From: a virus
Strand: one strand, 5' to 3'
IMG/VR virus record: IMGVR_UViG_3300045988_179268
Location: 128,001 to 192,000 of that record
DNA length: 64,000 nucleotides
How positions within the stretch are numbered: the stretch's first letter is position 1; every line of letters begins with the position of its first letter. Under the pieces are notes generated by a model. It saw nothing but the letters and a program-made list of their open reading frames with translations, ran no database searches and was not told where the DNA came from. Shown piece by piece: positions 10,179-17,586 of this stretch. A program made the translations under genes and the position numbers.

Positions 10179-11000
10179 ATGCGAAACATCACCCCCTTCC
10201 TCTACTGGGAAACCCTCAACACCAACGACGGTATCCTCCTCATCCCCACCGACAACACCACCAACGACCGCATGGCAATCTACACCATCGACCAGGTAAC
10301 CAACACCGACCACGCCACCGCACGCCTGCGCCACGCAAGCTTCAACGCACCCAAGACCATCACCCTCACCCGCACCAACGGACAGCTCACCACCAACGAC
10401 CTACCAGACCTCAAAGCCGTAAACATCGGCACCCGAGGCGACGCTATCGAACCCACCTACTACGCCGTCGAAAACGACGACAACATCACCATCTGGTACA
10501 GCACCGAACACTACAACGACATCGCCATCGCACACACCCTCAAAGCCAACGGAGAAACCCGCGTAATCTTCCACGAACCCGACGAATACGATACCCCCGA
10601 AGGCGGGTACAACATCTGGACAGTCCTCCAAGCAACCGAAAACTACGAAGACACCGACACCCTCCCCGAAACCTTCAACATCCCAGAAGCCAACACCGCA
10701 CCTCTCACCCCCGAAACCGCACTAGCACTCCACGACACCCTCAACCACCCCGAATACCACACCCTCAACGACAAAGAAACCCTCGAAGAAGAACTAATCT
10801 CCCTCTGGCAAAACATCTCAGACTACTACGCAATCCCTGGCGAAATGCACTGGGTATCCGACACTGAAATCCTCTGGCGCGCCAAAGACTACCTCACCAC
10901 CGTACACGACATCGCAATCAAAGAAGGACGCGCCAACCTAGCCAACCAAACCCTCCACCACATCAACACCATCACCACCCACACCAACTACGAAGAATAA
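10179..11000 (+). CDS. acidic hypothetical protein (Thr/Asn/His/Asp/Glu-rich)
   Basis: 273-aa ORF with an ATG start and its own promoter. Third codon positions are almost exclusively C or A, the mirror image of its minus-strand neighbours. Confidence 0.6.
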   Translation: MRNITPFLYWETLNTNDGILLIPTDNTTNDRMAIYTIDQVTNTDHATARLRHASFNAPKTITLTRTNGQLTTNDLPDLKAVNIGTRGDAIEPTYYAVENDDNITIWYSTEHYNDIAIAHTLKANGETRVIFHEPDEYDTPEGGYNIWTVLQATENYEDTDTLPETFNIPEANTAPLTPETALALHDTLNHPEYHTLNDKETLEEELISLWQNISDYYAIPGEMHWVSDTEILWRAKDYLTTVHDIAIKEGRANLANQTLHHINTITTHTNYEE

Positions 11001-11021
11001 CCCCCAAAACACCAAAAGATA

Positions 11022-11057
11022 CCCCTGGCAACCCGCACAAACACGGGAAACCAGGGG
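11022..11057. terminator. terminator hairpin between convergent genes
   Basis: cccctgg/ccagggg outer stem plus cccg/cggg inner stem. The minus-strand side is followed by tatcttttggtgtttt. Confidence 0.6.
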
Positions 11058-11083
11058 CATCTTCCTATACCACCAACAACACA

Positions 11084-13360
11084 CTAACCACCCAAAACCG
11101 ACACAACCTCACCCACCGAAACACCCAACCCCAACACCGGCGAACCAACCGGCACATCAACCCAACCACCAGAAACACCCCAACCAGAACGACCAAACAA
11201 CCCAGCAGACCCACCACCACCAGAAACAACCCCCACCGGCGAACCAAACCCCTCACTACCAGCCACAAACCCCAAACCCAACCCACCATCCAAACCACCA
11301 CGCCCAGAAACAACCGAACCAACAACACCAGACAAAACACGCCCACCAACAGACCCCAAAACACCATCCAAACCACCACGCAACAACCCCCACAAAACAC
11401 CAGAACCCAAACCCGCAACCCTACCAAACACCGGACAAACCCCCGACAACCCCAAACCACCACCAACACCAGACACCACATCAACCAACCCCACCACAGA
11501 CGAAACACCCCTCAAACCACCAACCAAAGAACCCACCGGCGACCCACCAGGCAAAACACCACCACCAAACACACCCGACAAACCCCCAACACCCCACAAA
11601 CCAGACACACCATCAACCACACCACCACAAGAACCAGCAACCCCCACCGACAAAACACCACCACCAAACACCGACCCAAACCCCACAGGAACAAGCCCCG
11701 CCCCAAACACAAGAGAACGCCACAACCACCCATCAACATCAACCACAGCCCCAACACCCCCATCAACAAAACCACCATCAACATCAAAACCCTCAACAGC
11801 ACCAACAACACCAGACACACCCGGCACAAAACCACCAGCCCCAACACCCCAAACACCAACCCTACGCCCAAAACCAGCCCCAACACCACCACCACCCAAA
11901 ACACCCAAACCAGCAGACGACAAACCCCAAGAACAAGACAACCCGCCAACACCAGAAACACCCCCACCAACCGGCAACCCAAAAACCCCAACAACACCCG
12001 ACAAATCAACACCAAACCCCGAAACAGAACCCAAACCAGCCAACGCATCCAACCCAGACACCCCCGACACCAACCACGGCACAGCAACCCCAACACCACC
12101 AGAAACCCCACCAACATCCGCCGCACCAGCACCCACACCACCAAACCCAGCAGAGCCAACCCCACCAAAATCAACCCCACCGACAAAATCACCAACGGGC
12201 AAACCAATCGGCAAACCGCACACCCCAGACCCCATAAACAACCCCACTGGCGAACAACCCAACATGCCCAATAACCCATCAACCCCACCAGCCACAGAAC
12301 CACCAAACCCAGACGAAGAACCAAACCTCACGCCAGAACCACCCACAACACCAAACAAACCCGAACCTCTAGAAGCCCCCACAGACCTATTAAAACTAGT
12401 AGAAGGTAAAACAGTACCGCCAATAGACAAAACACCCTCAGAAGCCCCCTCAAGCCCCGTAGAAACCCCCTCTATAGTAACCCCATCAGTAGCAGGCTCA
12501 GAAAACTCCTCGCCACCACCCCAAAAACCCTCAACAAAACCGCCACCAACACCAACCCCCACAAAACCCCCAACACCATCCACAACACCAGACGAGCCCC
12601 ACCCCACCGACACACCAACCCCCACAGGCTCAACAAAACCGGCACCACGAAGCGAACCACCCCAAACACCAACCCGCCCATCAACCCCCAACAACCCAAC
12701 AACACCAGAATCAACGCCCCACAACTCAACACCAACCCCACCCGGAACAAACACCCCACACACACCACCAGACAACCCATCCCCCAACAACCCAGAACCC
12801 AAACCACCAACACCAACACCAGACTCCAAAACACCACGCCCAACAACCACAACAACCACACTCCAAAAAAGAAAAAACAAAAAAATAGTACACCACAAAC
12901 ATAGCCACAAAAACACCCCCACCCAGACAACCCCCAAAAAACAAAACCCCCAACACCCACCCAACAAACAAAAACCCCACAAAAACACCCCCACAACAAA
13001 AAAAACCAAACCAACCACCCCAAGCAAACCCCAAAAAACAACGCACCACAAACCCAAAACCACACAAAGAACTTGGGCAACACTAAAAATAAACACCAAA
13101 AACACGAATAACCAAGACACAAGACACAAGAGAAAAGGAAAAAGCAACAAGACATAACAGACACAGACACGCAAAGAGGAAAGCAATAACACTACAAAGA
13201 AAGAAGTACCCAGGATAAACAGATACACAAAATAAACACCAATACACGACAGACATAGAGGATAAGCGCAGACACATACACCATAAACAGAAAGAAGCAC
13301 AGGCACACAATACGCAAGCACAGAAAAACACGAAGGCAACAACAGATACAAGAGACACAC
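11084..13360 (-). CDS. low-complexity Gly/Val/Ser-rich ORF (coding strand and true start uncertain)
   Basis: 758-aa ORF ending 26 nt before a terminator that works best on the minus strand. The rare bases show 3-nt periodicity. All six frames are nearly stop-free here, and a Pro/Thr-rich + frame (open 11088-13157, first ATG at 12264) shares the same wobble position. Confidence 0.3.
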   Translation of the reverse strand: MCLLYLLLPSCFSVLAYCVPVLLSVYGVCVCAYPLCLSCIGVYFVYLFILGTSFFVVLLLSSLRVCVCYVLLLFPFLLCLVSWLFVFLVFIFSVAQVLCVVLGLWCVVFWGLLGVVGLVFFVVGVFLWGFCLLGGCWGFCFLGVVWVGVFLWLCLWCTIFLFFLFWSVVVVVVGRGVLESGVGVGGLGSGLLGDGLSGGVCGVFVPGGVGVELWGVDSGVVGLLGVDGRVGVWGGSLRGAGFVEPVGVGVSVGWGSSGVVDGVGGFVGVGVGGGFVEGFWGGGEEFSEPATDGVTIEGVSTGLEGASEGVLSIGGTVLPSTSFNRSVGASRGSGLFGVVGGSGVRFGSSSGFGGSVAGGVDGLLGMLGCSPVGLFMGSGVCGLPIGLPVGDFVGGVDFGGVGSAGFGGVGAGAADVGGVSGGVGVAVPWLVSGVSGLDALAGLGSVSGFGVDLSGVVGVFGLPVGGGVSGVGGLSCSWGLSSAGLGVLGGGGVGAGFGRRVGVWGVGAGGFVPGVSGVVGAVEGFDVDGGFVDGGVGAVVDVDGWLWRSLVFGAGLVPVGFGSVFGGGVLSVGVAGSCGGVVDGVSGLWGVGGLSGVFGGGVLPGGSPVGSLVGGLRGVSSVVGLVDVVSGVGGGLGLSGVCPVFGRVAGLGSGVLWGLLRGGLDGVLGSVGGRVLSGVVGSVVSGRGGLDGGLGLGFVAGSEGFGSPVGVVSGGGGSAGLFGRSGWGVSGGWVDVPVGSPVLGLGVSVGEVVSVLGG

Positions 13361-13709
13361 AAAAGAAGATAAGAGGCAACACAGTACGTATACACAAGAA
13401 AGGCAAAAGAAGCATAAAGAGAGGACATAAGAGCGGAAGGCACATATATGCTAGAAACACATAGGGATACACGCAGACTAAGTAATACACGACAGGTATA
13501 GAGAGGGTAGGTAGATAGGGTAAGCACGCATAGGATGGCACACGGTATATACGGAGGGGCTAGAAACGGTTAGTGGGTGTGAGTGGTGGTAGGTTGGGCA
13601 GGGTGGAAGGTGGTGTGGTGGTTGGGTGTGGTGTGGGTCATATTGCTCACGCGGTTGGTTGCTCTTTCCCTTTTTTCTTTCTCCTTTTCTTGTGTTTTTG
13701 GTAGCGTGC

Positions 13710-13772
13710 TGTGGCGCGGGGTATTTTTGGGTGTTTCGGTATGTGGGGGAATGTATCATTTGCCCTAGTCAG
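13710..13772 (+). repeat. 63-bp perfect direct repeat, copy 1
   Basis: tgtggcgcggggtatttttgggtgtttcggtatgtgggggaatgtatcatttgccctagtcag, identical to 13955-14017. Confidence 0.95.
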
Positions 13773-13811
13773 GACGTTTTTGCGTTTTGGGTGACAGGGC
13801 TGTAGTAGTGG

Positions 13812-13843
13812 CTTAAAATCAACCTGTAGAAGTTGATTTTAAG
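13812..13843. repeat. AT-rich hairpin 1 (cttaaaatcaac / gttgattttaag)
   Basis: 12-bp perfect stem, 8-nt loop. Shares the AAAATCAAC..GTTGATTTT core with hairpin 2. Confidence 0.9.
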
Positions 13844-13954
13844 GTGTTTTATATAGATTTTTGAGGTGAATTGGGTTGTCTGCGTCTTTGGCGCAGGGGT
13901 TTTGGTGGTAATTATGACGTTTTTTAGGTTTTTTGGGTGGGTTTTTGTGTGCAT

Positions 13955-14017
13955 TGTGGCGCGGGGTATTTTTGGGTGTTTCGGTATGTGGGGGAATGTA
14001 TCATTTGCCCTAGTCAG
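13955..14017 (+). repeat. 63-bp perfect direct repeat, copy 2
   Basis: Identical to 13710-13772, offset by 245 bp. Confidence 0.95.
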
Positions 14018-14058
14018 CGCGTTATGCACTTTGGTACAGATTCTCATTTTCAGGGGTT

Positions 14059-14086
14059 AAAAATCAACCTCCAGGGGTTGATTTTT
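14059..14086. repeat. AT-rich hairpin 2 (aaaaatcaacc / ggttgattttt)
   Basis: 11-bp perfect stem, 6-nt loop. Sits in the same position relative to DR copy 2 as hairpin 1 does to copy 1. Confidence 0.9.
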
Positions 14087-14220
14087 GGTAAGCGCATGGT
14101 GCGAGCGCGATTTTAAGCCTTGGTGCCGGGGTGTCGAAGGATGGTTTTTATTGCTTTGCGGGTGCCAGGTGTGGTAGGTTGCGCCATTGTGTATCACAAG
14201 CTTGCGTGTCGTCTATTTTC

Positions 14221-14231
14221 TGTGGTATAGT
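14221..14231 (+). promoter_or_regulatory. SigA-type promoter, extended -10
   Basis: TGTGGTATAGT with TTGCGT about 17 nt upstream. Leader hairpin at 14249-14269. Confidence 0.6.
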
Positions 14232-14307
14232 TATAGGGTAATCATATGGCGGGTAATCGTTACCTGCCGTTATTCTTCATCTTGTTCCTATGGAGGGATT
14301 GTTAGTT

Positions 14308-14661
14308 ATGGCTTTTAGTGTTGAGATTCAGGTTAGGGCTAAGAACACTTATGCCCGGTTGGTGTGTTCTTTGTCTGAGATTGGTGCGCTGTTCTCTACG
14401 GGCAGTTTTGTGAAGGCGGCGGTTTTGAATTTGGCGATGTTTGATGCGAGCGCTTCGTCTGCTAATCCTAGTGTGTGGGATGGGGTGGATGAGAAAGAGC
14501 GTCGCTTGCAGTGGTCGTACAATGAGTTGCGTAACCTTGCGTCTTCTTTTGCCCCCGATTGGGCTGAGGCTGTTGCTAAGGATGATGAGGCGCTGGCTTT
14601 GGAGATTTTGAACGCTGTGGATGATGTGGTTTCTTATGCGCGTGAGCGTGTATTTGGTTAG
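14308..14661 (+). CDS. hypothetical protein
   Basis: 117 aa counted from ATG 14308, which has GGAGGG 10 nt upstream. The track start is 14290. G/T-ending codons. Confidence 0.55.
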   Translation: MAFSVEIQVRAKNTYARLVCSLSEIGALFSTGSFVKAAVLNLAMFDASASSANPSVWDGVDEKERRLQWSYNELRNLASSFAPDWAEAVAKDDEALALEILNAVDDVVSYARERVFG

Positions 14662-14675
14662 CACTGTCTTGTGTT

Positions 14676-14714
14676 AGCGAAGGGGCGGGTTCCTGTTTGG
14701 GTTCCCGCCTCGCT
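14676..14714 (+). terminator. rho-independent terminator
   Basis: agcga..ggcggg / cccgcc..tcgct stem, followed by a T-rich tract. Confidence 0.6.
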
Positions 14715-14830
14715 TCTCTACTTTTGGTTTTCTGCTTGGGTGAGTGTGTGCTTGCTTGGGTGGCATGTTTTGTTTTTGTGGGTGGGTGTTCTGCCTGCTT
14801 CATTGAGTTTATTGAAAGGGAGTTTTGTTG

Positions 14831-15916
14831 ATGTCTGTTTTTCCTGGTGATGTTGTGTCTACTGTTGTGGGTGTTCTGCATGTGCAGACTATTGTTATGG
14901 AGCGTTCGCGTGAGGATGTGTCTTTCGCGGTGTCTGGTGTTGATGGTGGGGGTGTGGTTCACTCGAACATTCCTATTGGTGAGGGTGTGGTTCCGTTGGC
15001 TGTTGATGTGCCTGAGTCTGAGGCGTTGGTGTGGTTTGACCGTGAGCGTCGCTTGAAGCGTTTGGGGGATGCTGTGTTTAGTCCTGGTGATGGTGTTAGG
15101 GCTTTGGGTAAGCTGATGGAGGGGCAGGGTGTTGAATTGTCGTTGTCTGACTGTGAACCTGCTGAGGCTGTTGTTAGGTGGCTGGGTGAGGTTGAGGCTT
15201 CTCTGGTTGGGGCGAGGGCGTGGGTTACAGGGAAGCGTATGGAGTGCCTGCGTGCGTTTGAGGATTTTCATGCGGGCTGGTTGAAGTATCATAGTCGCCC
15301 TTGGGGTGAGCCGTCTTTGGGTGAGCGTTGTGATGTGCGACCTGGTATTGGGTTTAGGTCTGGTGGTGTGTATCGGTTCCGACGTGAGGGTGCGCCTATT
15401 GAGGATGGGTATGAGTATTTCAAGGTTGTTCGTACTGTCGGTCAGCCTGAGATTGTTATTTATGGTGCGTCTACTGAGGTAAGTGAGTGTCTGGGTTTTA
15501 TTCATGGTGTTAAGTATGGTCCTAACTATGATTATCTTCTCCTGCTGGCTGAGGTTGGCGGTAAGAAGATTTCGATGCTGGCGGATACTGTGAAGCTTCT
15601 GCCTATTGGTTCTTTTGAGGATATTGAGTCTTACCTTGAGTTGAGTGAGTATGAGGACGTTTCTCTTCCTGGCGCATTGCGCAACATTTTCCTTGACCTG
15701 TTTGCCGCTGGTGACGGTAAGCCTAAGTGCCTGCCCTCCCGTGAAGAGCTTAACGGTGGCTACTACGGTTGGGGTGATGACTACGGTAAGCGTTGTGGTG
15801 AGTTGATGGAGGCAAGTGCTGACATTCTGTTCGATATTGAGAAGAGTATCGGGTATGTCCGGTGGTTGCGTGAACAGCTGGTAGGCTTCTATCGTGAGCT
15901 AGGGTTCACTATCTAG
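14831..15916 (+). CDS. paralog family 1 protein (PGDVV beta-domain plus helical modules)
   Basis: 361 aa from ATG 14831 (AAGGGAG RBS). C-terminal GDGKPKCLPS..FDIEKSIGYVRWLREQL aligns with 28347..29120. The ARAWVTGKRMEC motif is shared with two paralogs. Confidence 0.7.
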   Translation: MSVFPGDVVSTVVGVLHVQTIVMERSREDVSFAVSGVDGGGVVHSNIPIGEGVVPLAVDVPESEALVWFDRERRLKRLGDAVFSPGDGVRALGKLMEGQGVELSLSDCEPAEAVVRWLGEVEASLVGARAWVTGKRMECLRAFEDFHAGWLKYHSRPWGEPSLGERCDVRPGIGFRSGGVYRFRREGAPIEDGYEYFKVVRTVGQPEIVIYGASTEVSECLGFIHGVKYGPNYDYLLLLAEVGGKKISMLADTVKLLPIGSFEDIESYLELSEYEDVSLPGALRNIFLDLFAAGDGKPKCLPSREELNGGYYGWGDDYGKRCGELMEASADILFDIEKSIGYVRWLREQLVGFYRELGFTI

Positions 15917-16161
15917 GGGGGTCGCCGCCTAGGGAGGGGTGGCGTATGGGAGCCGCTGAATCCTCCGGCTACTAGGTTTGGGTGACCGCTCTTGTAGTTG
16001 ATGGCGAGCGCTCTCTTGGGCGGCTATGTCTTAGTGGTGGTTGTTTGCTGGTTGCTTCGCTAAGTGTGGTGATGGGTGTGAGTGCTTGAAGGGTGCTCAT
16101 GCCCATCATTTGTTTCTGCTGGGGTGAGCCACACACTATAGCTTGCGCCCCCGTCTGAATC

Positions 16162-16172
16162 TGTGGTATAAT
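16162..16172 (+). promoter_or_regulatory. SigA-type promoter, extended -10
   Basis: AATCTGTGGTATAAT, 70 nt upstream of ATG 16242. Confidence 0.65.
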
Positions 16173-16241
16173 TAAATTGTTCAATCGGGGGTGTTTCCCG
16201 TAAAGCCAATGACCAATACGCATGTTTGAGGAGTCACACAA

Positions 16242-16640
16242 ATGTCCTGCGCTGTTAAGATGATGAAGCCCTACACTTACACCACCCTTCCCTTTACCGC
16301 TACCAGCACTGCCCACATGGGCGATGTTGAGTCATGGGTTTCTTCTAAGATGACTCTTGAGTTCGTATCCTGGGATTCAGGTGAGGAGGCTCACGTTACT
16401 TATGGGGTGCAGGCGACTAACCCGGCTAAAGAGCCTGGCGATGACGGCTGGTTGATTGGTCGTGTGACTATGAGTGTTGATGTTGAGGGTGAGGTTGCTC
16501 TGAGTGATGCTCTTATGCGTCGTATGGTGGAAGACTTTAAGGTTGTGATGCGTAATCGTGTAGCGCAGGGTCAGGCTCTTGTGGACTTTGAGGGTGGGGT
16601 TCCGGTCTTTAAGCAGACTGTGACGTTCGCTACCGTGTAG
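16242..16640 (+). CDS. hypothetical protein
   Basis: 132-aa ORF with GAGGAG RBS 8 nt upstream. Confidence 0.6.
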   Translation: MSCAVKMMKPYTYTTLPFTATSTAHMGDVESWVSSKMTLEFVSWDSGEEAHVTYGVQATNPAKEPGDDGWLIGRVTMSVDVEGEVALSDALMRRMVEDFKVVMRNRVAQGQALVDFEGGVPVFKQTVTFATV

Positions 16641-16775
16641 TAGGTGGCATGTGTTAGCTTTAAGCCGTGGGGTGGCTTCCTGTACAGGGGTTGCTTTGCG
16701 GCTTTATTTATGTTTCCTGTGACTTATATGTGGTTGTGGTGTTTCCACCTCGTAGGTTGCCTCAATGTTTCACTG

Positions 16776-16786
16776 TGTGAGATAAT
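16776..16786 (+). promoter_or_regulatory. SigA-type promoter, extended -10
   Basis: TGTGAGATAAT. Part of a ~55-bp module also present in diverged form at about 16064-16119. Confidence 0.5.
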
Positions 16787-16855
16787 GGGTATGAGTACTT
16801 AGGAGGGTGCTCATGTTAATTATTTATTTTCTTGTGAAAGGAAGGTGTGCCTGTT

Positions 16856-17032
16856 ATGGGTGTTGTGAAGGGTGGTCGCTCTTTGGTTCGTGAGTCTGGT
16901 GTGGTTCGTTGGGATGATGGTTCGCGCCTGTTTGGTGAACGGTTTGCGAGCGCCAACTATAAGGTCACTATCGGGCGCGTTAATGTTGGTACTGCTGAGG
17001 TTGGCATTGGGTCGTCTGAGGGGCGGAGGTAA
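16856..17032 (+). CDS. small hypothetical protein
   Basis: 58 aa from ATG 16856 (GAAAGGAAGG RBS). Its stop lies 3 nt before the next small ORF. Confidence 0.4.
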   Translation: MGVVKGGRSLVRESGVVRWDDGSRLFGERFASANYKVTIGRVNVGTAEVGIGSSEGRR

Positions 17033-17035
17033 GGC

Positions 17036-17209
17036 GTGCCTATTTGGGTTATTGCTTTAGAATCCTATGTCCTAATTATGGTTCTAGTTTTCAGTCTTGG
17101 CATTGCTCTTGATGTGAACATGAGGAGTCTTGTTGAGATGCTTGCAGTGATTCATATACCTGTTCTTATTGCCGCCGGTGTAGCTCACTTTGGGCTACAC
17201 ATAATCTAG
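17036..17209 (+). CDS. small membrane protein (57 aa, not in ORF track)
   Basis: GTG start with GGAGG 6 nt upstream. Two hydrophobic helices (PIWVIALESYVLIMVLVFSLGIAL..IPVLIAAGVAHFGL). Confidence 0.45.
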   Translation: MPIWVIALESYVLIMVLVFSLGIALDVNMRSLVEMLAVIHIPVLIAAGVAHFGLHII

Positions 17210-17247
17210 GTGACTTTCGATTGCCACTTATAACAGGAAGGTGAAGT

Positions 17248-17409
17248 ATGGGTCTGCTGATTATTGTCTTGGTTTTTGTTTTGATTGAGGCTTTACTTTC
17301 TCTTGTTGGGGTGTGTCTTGGTTGGGGTGCCTATGAGTACTTAATGATACATGTTGTACTGTATGGCGTTACGTTTGTTGTGGCAGGTTCCAGTATGACC
17401 TCTGTGTAG
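17248..17409 (+). CDS. small membrane protein (53 aa, not in ORF track)
   Basis: ATG with AGGAAGG RBS 6 nt upstream. MGLLIIVLVFVLIEALLSLVGVCLGWG.. has two helices. Confidence 0.5.
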   Translation: MGLLIIVLVFVLIEALLSLVGVCLGWGAYEYLMIHVVLYGVTFVVAGSSMTSV

Positions 17410-17503
17410 ATGACGGCTAGGTGTTGTACGTGGTGTGCGGCTAACTAATATAGTTCTTTGTGTCCCACTTCACACATATTTGGCTTGCATACAGTTTTAA
17501 ATC

Positions 17504-17514
17504 TGTGATAGACT
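17504..17514 (+). promoter_or_regulatory. SigA-type promoter, extended -10 with -35 TTGCAT
   Basis: AAATCTGTGATAGACT. TTGCAT at 17485-17490 with an 18-nt spacer. Confidence 0.75.
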
Positions 17515-17586
17515 ATAAATATAAGGCAAGCGGGAAAGAAACCCGAAAGCCACGAAGCATCAACCAACTACCGAAGGGTGGCAACC

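Noticed and set aside
11420-11440. LPNTG (sortase LPxTG-like) motif in the Pro/Thr-rich + frame of the low-complexity region.
   Set aside because: It is not followed by a hydrophobic segment and a positively charged tail, it sits in the middle of the frame, and the frame itself has no start codon upstream. This is most likely chance in P/T/N/G-rich sequence.
5575-13768. Numerous additional ORFs in the skewed domain, on both strands and in several frames (for example 5756..6016, 6071..6580, 6198..6494, 6788..7042, 7806..8213, 8942..9772, 11065..11508, 11512..12324, 12472..13170, 13083..13541, 13192..13527, 13478..13759, 13583..13768).
   Set aside because: One strand is depleted of T and the other of A, so TAA, TAG and TGA are rare in all six frames. 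Long ORFs are therefore expected by chance. These ORFs lack an RBS and promoter, overlap better-supported genes, and translate to nonsense-like low-complexity strings.
13710-14017. CRISPR array or DGR template/variable repeat pair as explanations for the 63-bp repeats and the A-poor composition.
   Set aside because: There are only two repeat copies, 245 bp apart, and they are identical. A DGR would show adenine-specific mismatches. No cas genes or reverse transcriptase are present in the window.
13769-14060. ORFs 13769..14047 (minus) and 13866..14060 (plus), which span the 63-bp repeats and hairpins.
   Set aside because: They run through the perfect direct repeats and hairpins in a region that is otherwise non-coding. 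They have no RBS and skew-driven composition.
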